This document shows positions 29,476-43,265 of a stretch of DNA of 64,000 nt, one piece after another. The notes below the pieces were generated by a model. The model was not told the DNA's origin. It was given only the letters and a program-made list of their open reading frames with translations, and did no database searches. The number at the start of each line of letters is the position of its first letter. Position 1 is the first letter of the stretch. The position numbers and the translations under genes were made by a program. This DNA is from Eledone cirrhosa (taxonomy: Eukaryota), in assembly GCA_964016885.1 (NCBI GenBank), contig OZ024759.1, positions 28,458,001 through 28,522,000 on the forward strand, in the 5' to 3' direction.

Positions 29476-29848
29476 GTGTGCGTGAGTGTGTGTGACAGCT
29501 CACACCTATGCAGGTTTAGCTTGCCTCCTCCAAGGTATATCTTGTTGGAGGTGTCTTGGGTAATTTAATGATAGGGACCCCAGTCCCTATCATCTCATTT
29601 CTACAGCTGAGTAAACTGGAGCAACGTGAAATAAAGTGTCTTGCTCAAGGACATAACATATTGCCCAGCTCAGGAATTGAACTCACATCAAATGGTTAAA
29701 CCAATCTTTAATCGTTGAGTCACATGCCTTCACTAAATATTAATCCTACTAAATTGTTAAACCTTAGACAAGACATCACCCGGTCCGAGAATTGAACTCA
29801 CCTTTTGATTGCAAGCCCAATGCTCTAACCACTAAGCCATGCGCCTTT

Positions 29849-29879
<31 letters not shown>

Positions 29880-29916
29880 CACAGTGAGGTTTCATATTAA
29901 GGTCTTTATAGATTAT

Positions 29917-30006
29917 ACTAGTTACAACCGTTTCCCAGATGGGTGACTCAGGATTTATAGTAAAGCTGCACACACAACTCCAGCTCGATCTGCTCATCAG
30001 ACTTGT
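29917..30006 (-). ncRNA. Type I hammerhead ribozyme motif
   Basis: acaagu-CUGAUGA-g.cagau...aucug.g-GAAAC-gguu-GUA/acuagu; first stem II pair is G.G. Confidence 0.65.
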
Positions 30007-30034
30007 TAATCAAGCAAAGCCACTAATATGTATT

Positions 30035-30068
<34 letters not shown>

Positions 30069-31669
30069 CTCTTTTACTCTTTTACCTGTTTCAGCCATCC
30101 GGCTGAGGCCATGCTGGGGCACCGCCCTTATATATATATATATATATATATACATATACACAGATATATACATACACACATGTACATATACACATGCATA
30201 TATATACATACATATAAGACTACATCCCAATTATTTTTTCAACTATTATTCATAGCAATCGACTATTACTATTATTATAGTCATTTACGATGGGACAACT
30301 ATTAAACTAAACTACAAATCCATAAGGCCACACTACGAGTTCTACCCATTGCAAAGGATGTTAAATTTTCAAATATATTCTAAACTAAATTTTAAAATTA
30401 CAATCAAGTGTCTAGTAAAAATGTAAATTTACAAACCTACACTACCCAAATGGAAAGAGTCAACTCAAAGCTTTTCCTTTTTGTCCCCCGCCCCCCACAC
30501 ACACACCCTACACCGTTGTTTTAACTAAGAAAAACAAAGAAATAATGTTTCCACTGAGCTGCTTTCCATTGCTGATACCATCTGTCAGTCACAACTCCTG
30601 ACAGAGGAAAGGAGCTGATCGTCAGAACAAAGGAAAATATGTTTTCCATTGCTGAGTCGATGTACCAGTCACGCCAGTGTTTTAACCAAGAAAGACAACT
30701 TTTGCATGTTAAAGGGAGATAATTCAGTAAACCAAAGATTGTTTTTTTGACAAATTTTATAAATATTTTCTACACACACAACTTGGATCTCCGCTTGTAT
30801 TCCAGTAGTTACAACGACGAAACAGCCTACTCGCAACATTTACGTGCAAGTGACTTAGCATTCTACAGACACACACACACACAGTACAAAACACCACCTG
30901 TTATCTCAGAGTCGAATCACTGTAGATAGCTCGGGTCATTTGGTGGTGGAATAAGCACCATGAGTAGGTAGGCATGTGGCTGTGTTACTGGATCTTCAAT
31001 ATTTCATTGCCAACTTCTGCTGAGTCTGACTCTTACCGTGGAGACAGAAATAGAAGACTACGTGACACTGTTACCATAGATACAGACATATAGAGACAGA
31101 CATAGAGAGAGACACATGATTCTGTTACCATGGAGATGGATCAAGAATACCACATGGCAATGTGAAGCCTTGTACAAGTTAAATTTATAAAGAATAGATA
31201 AGAAGCATGTAAAGTAATAATAATATAAAGGAAAGAGATAAAATAAAAACCTAGTCAGTGAGGAGGTCACAGAATGTGTGATGAAAAAGTTTTGACAATA
31301 CATAAACAACCATCCGGTTATCAAACCAACCAAGATAATGGAAATTTATAATAAGTTGAAGTGAAAACCAACAGGTGTGTGTGTCTTCATTGGCAACATG
31401 CTCGTCCCCCCCCCCCCCCACCCACCCACCGCCAGAGTATAACAATATATATATAAACACATGTATACATATACACACAAATATATATACATGTTGAACA
31501 ATTATTCATTAGTACAGAGTATACAATATATCATAGAAGTGTATAGAGCATGTAGATGTATAAAGTATATATATAGAGAGAGTGTACAAGTGTATAAAGT
31601 ATATCAATGTATAAGGTATGTAGATATTTAAGTATAGAAGTTTATTGAGACTATAGATATATACATATA

Positions 31670-32350
<681 letters not shown>

Positions 32351-32824
32351 TATAATAGAGAGAGAGAGAGAGATGTATATAGGTGTATGCAGTATATAGC
32401 TAGATGTATATAAATATATACAGTATATAGCTAGATATATATATATAGATTGATGTATATAGATATATACAATATATAGCTGGATATATATAGATATATA
32501 CAATATATAGCTACATGTATATAGATATATACACCATATAGCTAGATGTATAGAGATATATACAGTATATAGATATATACAATATATAGCTAGGTGTATA
32601 TATGCAGATATATACAGCATATATCTAGATGTATATATTTATACACAGTATATAAGATATATACAGCAATAGCTATATATATATAGAGAGAATTCAGATT
32701 CATAGGGTGTATATACGGAGTGAAGTAAAGAAAATGAAAAAGAAGAAAACGAGAGAAAAGAAGAAAGAGAAAATATTTACATCTTCCCTTTAATTAATCT
32801 CTTCATTAATAATATTCTTTTAAT

Positions 32825-33097
32825 TTATTGTTCGCTGGAATTATCATCATCGTCTTCTTTAATGTCTCGCTGTTTCTCTTCATCTTCGTCAAATTCCAGG
32901 ATCTGGGTGATCTCCTTCGGGGTATCAGCGTAAAGATGTGGCACAAGGCTTTCTGTTCTCTGGAGTGTTTTCCTTTTCAAATCGGTATTTTCCAGGGACA
33001 TTCCGGAGAGATTTTCGGTGAAAGAGCGGGAACGACTAGCCATCAGATCACTGGCAAACAGCTGCTTCTCATGTGACACCGTCGACTCATGTGCCAT
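32825..33097 (-). CDS. NT5C2: Cytosolic purine 5'-nucleotidase, last coding exon (MAHESTV...acidic tail, TAA)
   Basis: Matches cN-II MPHESTV...PQEITH + acidic C-terminus; AG acceptor at 33099-33098; phase 0. Confidence 0.95.
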   Translation of the reverse strand: MAHESTVSHEKQLFASDLMASRSRSFTENLSGMSLENTDLKRKTLQRTESLVPHLYADTPKEITQILEFDEDEEKQRDIKEDDDDNSSEQ

Positions 33098-33164
33098 CTA
33101 GGGTGGATATATATATATATATACAACATAGAAAACAATCAAATTTTTGTTTAATGCATTTAAT

Positions 33165-33211
33165 AGCTAACAATCGTTTCTTCCAGACAAATGTCTGGAA
33201 TCATCAGAGCA
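33165..33211 (-). ncRNA. Minimal type I hammerhead motif, sense to NT5C2 pre-mRNA
   Basis: gcu-CUGAUGA-uuccagac auuu gucuggaa-GAAAC-gauu-GUU/agc. Confidence 0.7.
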
Positions 33212-33597
33212 TCTACAATGTTAAAACAAATAAATTCCAAATCCTTAGAACATTCATTAATAATAATGATTTCTTGTATAGGCACAAGGCCAGTAATTTG
33301 GGAAGAGGGGAAAGTTGATTAAATCGACCCCAGTACGTCTAACTATATTCTTGGTATAATACTCTTAATATATTAATTTTTAAGTAATATTCCTTGCATG
33401 TATCATATAGCTTCAAAACAGCTCTTTTTCAATATATACTTTTCAATATATTACTATCTTTTCATTATAATATTCTTTTGCTCTTCCTCTTCACTATATT
33501 GTAACTGACACTAATAATTATAATTAGTCTTATCAAATATAATGTATCTTAATGAATGTTCTAAGGATTAGGAATTTATTTGTTTTAACATTGTATA

Positions 33598-33644
33598 TGC
33601 TCTGATGATTCCAGACGTTTGTCTGGAAGAAACGATCGTTAGCA
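33598..33644 (+). ncRNA. Minimal type I hammerhead motif with palindromic stem III
   Basis: ugcu-CUGAUGA-uuccagac guuu gucuggaa-GAAAC-gauc-GUU/agca. Confidence 0.8.
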
Positions 33645-33909
33645 ATTAAATGCTTTAAACAAAAATTTGATTGTTATCTATGTTGTATTTCTGCTCTGTA
33701 GCATATCTGATATTTTACATTGAGCTAATTTTCTTACTGGTAACTGGGTAATACAAAATATTTCCCTTATTTATAATTGTATATAGATTATATATATAAG
33801 TATAAATATTATTATTACTATTATTATATATATAGAGAGAGAGAGATAGGTAGATAGCATCAAGGGTGGAGACATAGAGAGACAGAGAGAAATAGAGAGA
33901 TAGACTTAC

Positions 33910-34028
33910 CAACATTGGAGGTGCTCTGAAGACATAACTGAATGGGTAATAGAGCAAGTTGAGTATTGAGGCAGCATAAAGGTCTGCATACCTCATTACT
34001 TGGGCCCCGAAGAATGTCTGTCGAGAAC
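33910..34028 (-). CDS. NT5C2: NT5C2 exon ([21 protein letters not shown]...RAPPML)
   Basis: Near-identical to c[24 protein letters not shown]; AG/GTAAGT; 119 nt. Confidence 0.97.
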
Positions 34029-34062
34029 CTGCAATCAAAAGATAAAAATGATATATATATAA

Positions 34063-34097
<35 letters not shown>

Positions 34098-34378
34098 ATA
34101 TAGAAATTGCTCATACAGGATTAGAACTGTTTCATTCGAAGGAAATCATCATATATACACATGTACCTCCGGCATTCATGGTCCCAGTTATTTGCAGAAT
34201 TTTCCTTAGAACCTAACTAATAATTGTTTGTGGAAACCACTGCATATACACGGATTCGTAAATATCTTCCGCGACTTTTTCATGGTTTTTCCTGTCATAT
34301 ACATTGCACACATATTTTTTCCATTTTATTATATACATATTCGCACACATCTTTCACTACATAAACTTCACGCAGATG

Positions 34379-35390
34379 CATACAAACATCCCACTAAGAA
34401 CACTTACATTCACACACACACATACAAACATCCCACTAAGAACACTTACATTCACACACACACATACAAACATCCCACTAAGCAGACTTACATTCACACA
34501 CACACATACAAACATCCCACTAAGAACACTTACATTCACACACACACATACAAACATCCCACTAAGCAGACTTACATTCACACACACACATACAAACATC
34601 CCACTAAGCAGACTTACATTCACACACACACATACAAACATCCCACTAAGAACACTTACATTCACACACACACATACAAACATCCCACTAAGCAGACTTA
34701 CATTCACACACACACATACAAACATCCCACTAAGCACACTTACATTCACACACACACATACAAACATCCCACTAAGAACACTTACATTCACACACACACA
34801 TACAAACATCCCACTAAGAACACTTACATTCACACACACACATACAAACATCCCACTAAGCAGACTTACATTCACACACACATACAAACATCCCACTAAG
34901 CACACTTACATTCACACACACACATACAAACATCCCACTAAGAACACTTACATTCACACACACACATACAAACATCCCACTAAGCACACTTACATTCACA
35001 CACACACATACAAACATCCCACTAAGAACACTTACATTCACACACACACATACAAACATCCCACTAAGCAGACTTACATTCACACACACACATACAAACA
35101 TCCCACTAAGAACACTTACATTCACACACACACATACAAACATCCCACTAAGCAGACTTACATTCACACACACACATACAAACATCCCACTAAGCACACT
35201 TACATTCACACACACACATACAAACATCCCACTAAGCAGACTTACATTCACGCACACACATACAAACATCCCACTAAGCAGACTTACATTCACGCACACA
35301 CATACAAACATCCCACTAAGCACACTTACATTCACACACACACATACAAACATCCCACTAAGCACACTTACATTCACGCACACACTTACA
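34379..35390. repeat. 42-bp intronic minisatellite, about 24 units
   Basis: Unit catacaaacatcccactaag(aaca/caga/caca)cttacattcacacacaca. Confidence 0.97.
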
Positions 35391-35754
35391 TATATTATAC
35401 ATTTCACAAGGTTCAAAATTTTACCGTCTTTTCATTTCATTTAACTTAAATCTACTCCAAACAATACAAGTCAATCTGATCCATTTTTTTAAAGTCTCTC
35501 ATGGAGTTACTCTCTTGATAATGGGTTTTTAAATTTGCTAAGGTAAGATTCTTTGGTTATCTTGGTGATTTAATGTTCTTACTAACACATTGTTTTGGTT
35601 TTCAAAATTATTTAAATTTGTGTATCCTATTCAACAATGCTTCAAGCAAGCTACAAGACTCTGTTTTATATATATTTATATATATATATATATAATCACT
35701 ACCTTGATTAAATCTTAACCATTTAACATCTCAGGGTATGTCATGTATTATTAT

Positions 35755-35807
35755 ATTTTGTCTGATGAGGATGTACTGTTGTACCTCTGAAATATGTATA
35801 ATAAAAT
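35755..35807 (+). ncRNA. Minimal type I hammerhead motif
   Basis: auuuugu-CUGAUGA-ggauguac uguu guaccucu-GAAAU-augu-AUA/auaaaau; 7-bp stem I. Confidence 0.65.
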
Positions 35808-35847
35808 GTAATTGATAAAAAGAACATCTATTTTATTAATATTTGTA

Positions 35848-35896
<49 letters not shown>

Positions 35897-36480
35897 AAAG
35901 ACCGTGACAAGTGGAGAGATGGTGTGCTGAATAGGACCCGTCCCACCCTTGCAAGCAGGGAAAAGCGGACGTAAAATGATGATGATGATATATATGAGAA
36001 GCTGGTAGAGTTCTTTGTTTGAATTCAACCACCAAACCACATGTGTTTCAGTCTATGATGGAATTCTTCCTCTGTTCATTAGAGTCAGTGTGAGAATGCC
36101 AAGAACTGTTAGGTACCTTTTCCAGTAGTAATGGCTGACACACACTGCATGTACCTATCTTAGGACTTGGGCAACCCTGCTGAAGATATGTAATAGCCCA
36201 ATTACGTAAATATCTGCTGATATTGCGTGATTTTCTGGACATTGCGGATGTAATATCTGCATTTGTGAAGAAGTTATGTTACACAAAAACGATATCATCT
36301 AGGAGTTGAGATATTTACTTGTATCTTTACCAAAACACACCCATCATATCTGCTATTAACTAAATGTGTGCACTCTGAACAGCTGATTGCAGCTGCATTA
36401 CTGCAATTCAGCAGATTCATTGAGTGAGCTACACACTGGCCAGAGTACGTTGAATTAATACCAGCAATCTTCGTTACTTT

Positions 36481-36525
<45 letters not shown>

Positions 36526-36704
36526 ATATGTAATTAAAGTTACATGCAGTTCACTAGTTACAACCCTCAATGTTGTTATGAGATTCCATCTTAAGTGGGG
36601 TTTATACTTCAGTGTACTCCAGGGTTAAGGTGGCAGTAATGTGCAGAGTGTAAATGCTAGTAAACAGCAACAAGGTCAAGGTTGCACCATAAATGAACTT
36701 TATT

Positions 36705-36794
36705 ACGTATGACCAGAGTTTTGATATTGATCAGCTTAGGGTTTGATCATAATATTCGGGGCCCAACTCTGCAGCAACATCTCATCAGATATGT
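36705..36794 (-). ncRNA. Hammerhead motif with one core mutation, sense to NT5C2 intron
   Basis: acauau-CUGAUGA-gauguug...caauauc-AAAAC-ucug-GUC/auacgu, then AAUAAA; the G-to-A change sits at a CpG. Confidence 0.6.
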
Positions 36795-37305
36795 GAGTTT
36801 GTAGGTGCACAGCACATTACAAATGGTTGACACCAGCCGTTCTACTATGAGAGGAGCTACTGTAGCAGTGAATAAAATGTATTTTCCTTCTGCGGAGGAA
36901 TGGTGTTACGGAGGTAAGTTGGCTGAAGTGTGAGCCAATCAAAACCTTCGGCGCACTAATTCGACTGTCCAGAACTACGTCACCAGTGTGAGCGGAGGTG
37001 ACCAAGAGAGTCATTAGTCTACACGCACCTCTCTTATCGACAAGACCAGGCTACACTCATCGCTGCTAACAACATCTCCATCTTGCAATGAAGCGGACCA
37101 AGCTACATCCTACACATGTAGATACGACCTGTACCTAATGTATCCGTTCAACATGTACGACTAATAAATAGAGTTACAACATCGATAATGGATTTAGTCA
37201 ATGTTCTAAATGCCTTCTGATCTCTATTATGTATATTAAGAATTGACCCTAAAACCCGTTATACTACCACCACCCAATAGTGTTGTAGAAACAGTTTGTA
37301 CTCAC

Positions 37306-37363
37306 CACTTCTAAATAAACTGCCCAATACTCCATATTCCATGTCCATTTCATGTGTTACTGA
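37306..37363 (-). CDS. NT5C2: NT5C2 exon (SVTHEMDMEYGVLGSLFRS)
   Basis: Matches [27 protein letters not shown]; 58 nt; not in the ORF track. Confidence 0.95.
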
Positions 37364-37577
37364 CTGCAATGGAGAAAAACAACACACACACACACATATA
37401 TATATAAGCAAACGAGATATTTAATTTGTTGGTAATTCAACAAATATATATGTTTATAACTGATTCAAAGCACTCAACAGATTTTTTTGGAGTATAATAT
37501 CAATGATATTAAATAAATAGAAACTAAGAGACTATATGGTTTTATAAATATAGTTTCCATTTATTTAATATCATTGA

Positions 37578-37622
<45 letters not shown>

Positions 37623-38619
37623 GGAAAAAATGAAACGAAATTTCATTTCCCACTCTTAGTACGGCTGTTACTTAAATATAAGTATGTATATGTACATACA
37701 CATATGTATACAGCCGTACATTAGTATGTATATATATATATACATACATGCACACATATATATATGTACGTATGGATTCACCGAACATTTATTATAATGC
37801 TCATCGTTTTCGGTACCGATTAACTCACTCGATATGCAAATTAGGCTGCTCAGCTGTTAATATGCATAAGGAAAGTATATACTTTCAGAAGTTCAATCAT
37901 CTGGCAGGAAGGTATACGCCATTACAGTGTAGACTGGGTGCTTTTTATTGTGGCACCAAAACAGCCATAACATCATCATCATCATTTTACGTCCAATTTT
38001 CCCTGCTTGCAAGGATTGCCCAGGTCCTCTTCAGCATATCATCTCCCCATTTATCATGGTCCTTCATCATCTCCTCCAACTCCGCCCATGTTTTCCATGG
38101 TCTTCCTATGCTGCGTCATATATATATATATATCCAAAATAAATTTAATTAAATTAAATTAAGGGAGTCATGTCCGAGACATGTGCCATATCCACCGTAG
38201 ATTAAGCTCAAAGATTCCAATGAATAGATCCGAGCATTTTATATCAACTAGAAATTGATTGACATCTATATATATTTAAAATAAACACATGAAACAATCA
38301 CAGGGGATAATTTGTAAAGTGTGTAATCACACATAGCTAGGTAGGTAACTAATTAAAGTTTAACTAGAGCTTCAAATATTACCTTTTCAAAAATGATTAA
38401 TCAATTTCTAGTTGATATATATATATATATAATCTCACTTGTCTCCCAACGAGACAACTCGTCTAACCCACACTAGCATGGAAAAATGGCTGTTAAATGA
38501 TGATGATGATGATATATATACTTCAGTGTGTATGAGTTTGGATGCTTTTGTGTGTGAAAAATAGACAGATAAGTGAGGGGGGGGGGAGATGGAGCAAGGA
38601 AAGGTGTGTGTTAACTGAC

Positions 38620-38680
38620 CTTAATCTTATGTTGGTATGCTGTGATATCTGGGCAGTGACGACTGCTACTGTCAAGATTT
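38620..38680 (-). CDS. NT5C2: NT5C2 exon (NLDSSSRHCPDITAYQHKIK)
   Basis: Matches [28 protein letters not shown]; 61 nt. Confidence 0.95.
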
Positions 38681-38854
38681 CTATGTAAGGAAGGAAAATA
38701 GAGAAAAAAAGGACATCTAAAGTACAAGATCACTTTATAGAAATAAACAGGACAGTTAAAGTAAAAGATCACTTTATAGAAATAAACATGACAGTTAAAG
38801 TAAAAGATCACTTTATAGAAATAAACAGGACAGATATACATTCACAGAAAATAG

Positions 38855-39082
38855 ACAAACAGGGACAAACAGGGACCACCACAGAGACAAACAGAGACAA
38901 ACAAGGACCACCACAGAGACAAACAGGGACCACCACAGAGACAAACAGGGACCACCACAGAGACAAACAGAGACAAACAGGCACCACCGCAGAGACAAAC
39001 AGGGACCACCACAGAGACAAACAGGGACTGCCACAAAGACAAACAGGGACCACCACAGAGACAAACAGGGACCACCACAGAC
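38855..39082. repeat. 22-bp minisatellite, about 9 units
   Basis: Unit agagacaaacagggaccaccac. Confidence 0.9.
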
Positions 39083-39094
39083 ACACATACTTAC

Positions 39095-39317
39095 TTGTAC
39101 TCTTCGGCTATTTTGGCATCATACTCATCAAGTTTATCAAAGAGAGACCGTTTATTGGTCCAGACCTTCAGTTCCTGTGTAATCTCTGGTACTATGAGGA
39201 AAGTTTTCCACCCACTGGTCTTCTTAGATTTGAGAATATCACCAAATATATGGTCGCCAACATAGAGTACATCTCGGTGCATGGCCCCAATTAGTTCAGT
39301 AAACACATTGCAGGAAC
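39095..39317 (-). CDS. NT5C2: NT5C2 exon with HAD motif IV ([16 protein letters not shown])
   Basis: AG/GTAAGT; 223 nt; phases fit both neighbours. Confidence 0.98.
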
Positions 39318-39325
39318 CTGTAGAC

Positions 39326-40116
39326 AGGAGAGAGTGAGAGAGAGAGAGACTATGGGAGAGATGGGAGAGAGAGACAGTGAGAGATGGAGAATGTGTGTGA
39401 GAGAGAGACACAGTGACAGAGAAACAGTGAGAGAGAGAGAGAGAGATGGGAGAGAGAGAGACTGACAGAGATGGGAGAGAGAGACAGTGAGAGATGGAGA
39501 ATGTGTGTGAGAGAGAGAGACAGTGACAGAGAAACAGTGAGAGAGAGAGATAGTATGAGAGAGAGATACTATGGGAGAGATGGGAGAGAGAGACAGTGAG
39601 AGAGAGAGAGACTATGTGAGAGAGATACTATGGGAGAGATGGGAGAGAGAGACAGTGAGAGATGGAGAATGTGTGTGAGAGAGAGAGAGACACAGTGACA
39701 GAGAAACAGTGAGAGAGAGAGAGACTGAGAGAGATGGGAGAGAGATACTATGAGAGAGACAGTGAGAGAGAGAGAAAGAGAGAGAGAGAGAGACAGTGAG
39801 AGAGAGAGAAAGTGAGAGAGAGAGAGAGATGGAGGCAGTGACAGAGAGACTGAGGGAGATGGGAGAGAGAGACAGTGAGAGAGTGAGAGAAAGATAGTGA
39901 GACAGAGAGAGAGAGAGAGAGAGATGGAGGCAGTGACAGAGAGACTGAGGGAGATGGGAGAGAGAGACAGTGAGAGAGTGAGAGAGAGAGAGAGAGATGG
40001 AGAAAGAGAGTGAGACAGAGAGTGAGAGAGAGAGAGAGAGATGGAGGCAGTGACAGAGAGACTGAGGGAGATGGGAGAGAGAGACAGTGAGAGAGTGAGA
40101 GAAAGATAGTGAGACA

Positions 40117-40153
<37 letters not shown>

Positions 40154-40224
40154 GCAGTGACAGAGAGACTGAGGGAGATGGGAGAGAGAGACAGTGAGAG
40201 AGTGAGAGAAAGAGAGTGAGACAA

Positions 40225-40266
<42 letters not shown>

Positions 40267-40572
40267 GCAGTGACAGAGAGAGAGAGAGAGAGAGATGGAG
40301 GCAGTGACAGAGAGACTGAGGGAGATGGGAGAGAGAGACAGTGAGAGAGTGAGAGAAAGATAGTGAGACAGAGAGAGAGAGAGAGAGAGAGAGATGGAGG
40401 CAGTGACAGAGAGACTGAGGGAGATGGGAGAGAGAGACAGTGAGAGAGTGAGAGAAAGATAGTGAGACAGAGAGTGAGAGAGAGAGAGAGAGAGAGATGG
40501 AGGCAGTGACAGAGAGACTGAGGGAGATGGGAGAGAGAGACAGTGAGAGAGTGAGAGAAAGAGAGTGAGACA

Positions 40573-40611
<39 letters not shown>

Positions 40612-40772
40612 GGGCAGTGACAGAGAGACTGAGGGAGATGGGAGAGAGAGACAGTGAGAGAGTGAGAGAAAGATAGTGAGACAGAGAGAGAGAGAGAGAG
40701 AGATGGAGGCAGTGACAGAGAGACTGAGGGAGATGGGAGAGAGAGACAGTGAGAGAGTGAGAGAAAGATAGT

Positions 40773-40820
<48 letters not shown>

Positions 40821-41040
40821 GAGATGGAGGCAGTGACAGAGAGACTGAGGGAGATGGGAGAGAGAGACAGTGAGAGAGTGAGAGAAAGAGAGTGAGACAG
40901 AGAGTGAGAGAGAGAGAGAGAGATGGAGGCAGTGACAGAGAGACTGAGGGAGATGGGAGAGAGAGACAGTGAGAGAGTGAGAGAAAGATAGTGAGACAGA
41001 GAGAGAGAGAGATGGAGGCAGTGAGAGAAAGAGAGAAAGA
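39326..41040. repeat. GA-rich compound satellite filling almost the whole intron
   Basis: Repeated gatggaggcagtgacagagagactgagggagatggga units with (GA)n spacers. Confidence 0.95.
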
Positions 41041-41145
41041 CAATCCAGCATCACAACACACCACCATTACTACCCACAACTCACCAACACTGCCACCCCG
41101 CTCACCAACACCTCTACTGTAAAATACAATAAAAAGTTGACTCAC

Positions 41146-41212
41146 CTCCTGAATAGACATGTCCACATTGCATTGGTCCTGTGTGAGTCCCTATTTTTAA
41201 GGCTCCTGTTTC
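41146..41212 (-). CDS. NT5C2: NT5C2 exon (ETGALKIGTHTGPMQCGHVYSG)
   Basis: Matches [30 protein letters not shown]; 67 nt. Confidence 0.95.
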
Positions 41213-41234
41213 CTGGAGAGAGAGAGAGACCAGG

Positions 41235-41289
<55 letters not shown>

Positions 41290-41703
41290 TAAAAAGTAAC
41301 TATCATCATCATCATCATCATTTTACGTCCGCTTTTCCCTGCTTGCAAGGGTGGGACGGGTCTTATTCAGCACAGCATCTCTCCACTTGACACGGTCCTT
41401 CGTCATCTCCACCGTGAGCTTCAGCAATCTGAGGTCTGAGGTCTGTTCTATAGGGATATATACTCATACACACACACATATTTTGAGACACGTTGGCTGA
41501 GAGCTTTTGACGGGAACGAAAATATTTGTTTTCTATTCTCTCGCCACCACGTAAAGTTTGTAAATCGGTGGCTGGTCGAGGGACGGAGTTGTATCAGATT
41601 CCAGTTGCTAATCACTTTAAGGTGTCGGCCGTCACAAACAGTCATGGCCGGCATGGGCTGGGATTTGGATTCTGTCGATCGATTGGTTATTGATTAGGTG
41701 ATA

Positions 41704-41814
41704 CCCGCTGATGAAGCCACATGTGCCGATTATGCATTATTGTATAATATATGCAGACAGAGGGTGCAGTGCACCCTATTGCTGCATTAAGTGTGGCCGA
41801 AACTCGAGTCTGGG
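41704..41814 (+). ncRNA. Type I hammerhead motif with branched, extended stem II
   Basis: cccg-CUGAUGA-a.gccacau...guguggc.c-GAAAC-ucga-GUC/uggg; stem III ACUCGAGU is palindromic. Confidence 0.8.
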
Positions 41815-42146
41815 AACTATTATAGGCCCCCGTTTTACGTGTGTTGTATTGAAGTGAATAACTATGTCTACTCTGGGAATGTATCCTGCATTCCCTATTG
41901 AGTACGCTGAGATACAACCGGTCCTGGCTTTGATAAATATGCTGGGTCCATCAACTCCTTATTGTATACGGGGTCGATAAAATAAAGTACCAGTAATACC
42001 CTGGGATAATTGCTGGCCTTGTACCAAAAGTAGAAACAATTATATATATATGTATATATATATATATATATAAGAAGATATATATATCAGGATTAAACTA
42101 GTAAGACCTTTATTTCATAAAATACTTGAATCCATCTATATATATA

Positions 42147-42635
42147 CTAGCTGAAGTACCCGGTAATACCCAGGAGCAGGGGTATTCCCAGTCCCCATTA
42201 AAATGCCCAATGCCTCTCAGACCAAAAATGAAATCAAAATATAGGACAGATAATCAAAAGTGAAGACAAATTCATTTACGAAACAATAATACAAACAAAT
42301 ATTGTTGATTGTATTGGTCAGGCGAAAAAATGTTTGTCAGAGAAGTTGGGTGTTGCTATAAGGAAAATAATAGAACTCCCATTAGGGTGTCTTAATATTA
42401 TTGAAATTTGCTGAAATTTTGTGAATAGGCATCATATTTTGTCATTTACCTATGTCATTTACCTATGGGTTTTGAGCCGTCAGGGAACCCTTTGGTTAAA
42501 GTGAAATATATGTAAGAAATCAAATGGGCATGAGCCCCACAAACGCGTCAAGTTTCATCAAGATTGGTTTGGTAGTTTTTGAGTTTTAGGTTCACAAACA
42601 AACAGACAGAAATTGCCATTTTTATATATATATAT
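42147..42635 (-). mobile_element. Non-autonomous Helitron-like element
   Basis: Minus-strand 3' end has hairpin cctgg-gtatta-ccggg then CTAG followed by T; internal aagtttcatcaagattgg and acaaacagacaga blocks resemble Lep1/HINE-type elements. Confidence 0.6.
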
Positions 42636-42826
42636 CATTTCATTCATCATTTCATTTTACGTCCGCTTTTTCCCTGCTTGCAAGGGTGGGACGGGAACTG
42701 ATTCTGGCTTGATTTCTACAGCAGGATGCCCTTCCTAACACCAACCACATTTACAGTGAGTGCTGGGTGCTTTTTTGCCGTGGCACCTCCACGACCACTT
42801 TGCAGTGGAATGATATGGACCCCAGT

Positions 42827-42862
<36 letters not shown>

Positions 42863-43100
42863 GCATAGATATACATGCACACATATATATATACATATAT
42901 ACATACATATATATATATATACAGACTAGGCTGGGTGCTTTTTGTCATGACACCTACATGACCACTGTGTGTGTGTATACACAGGACATGCAGACAAGCT
43001 CCAATAATGGAATTTGCCATCCTAACTAAATAGACCTTTGAAACTGAAACTATTTTGAGGGTGCACAACACCATCTTGAAAGAAAGAAAGAAAGAAATCA

Positions 43101-43265
<165 letters not shown>

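Larger units (their letters stand above)
33121..33688. repeat. 140-bp inverted repeat (arms 33121-33260 and 33549-33688) in the last NT5C2 intron
   Basis: Arms are reverse complements with scattered mismatches; each holds a hammerhead motif. Confidence 0.95.

Noticed and set aside
30545-30635. Hammerhead on the minus strand (CUGACGA...GAAA)
   Set aside because: No credible stem II and only G-U pairs in stem I.
36035-36095. Hammerhead-like GAAAC-acau-GUG on the minus strand
   Set aside because: Core is CUAAUGA, the triplet ends in G and no stem II is evident.
39612-41166. Ser/Leu-rich 470-480 aa ORFs
   Set aside because: Translation of the intronic GA/CT satellite.
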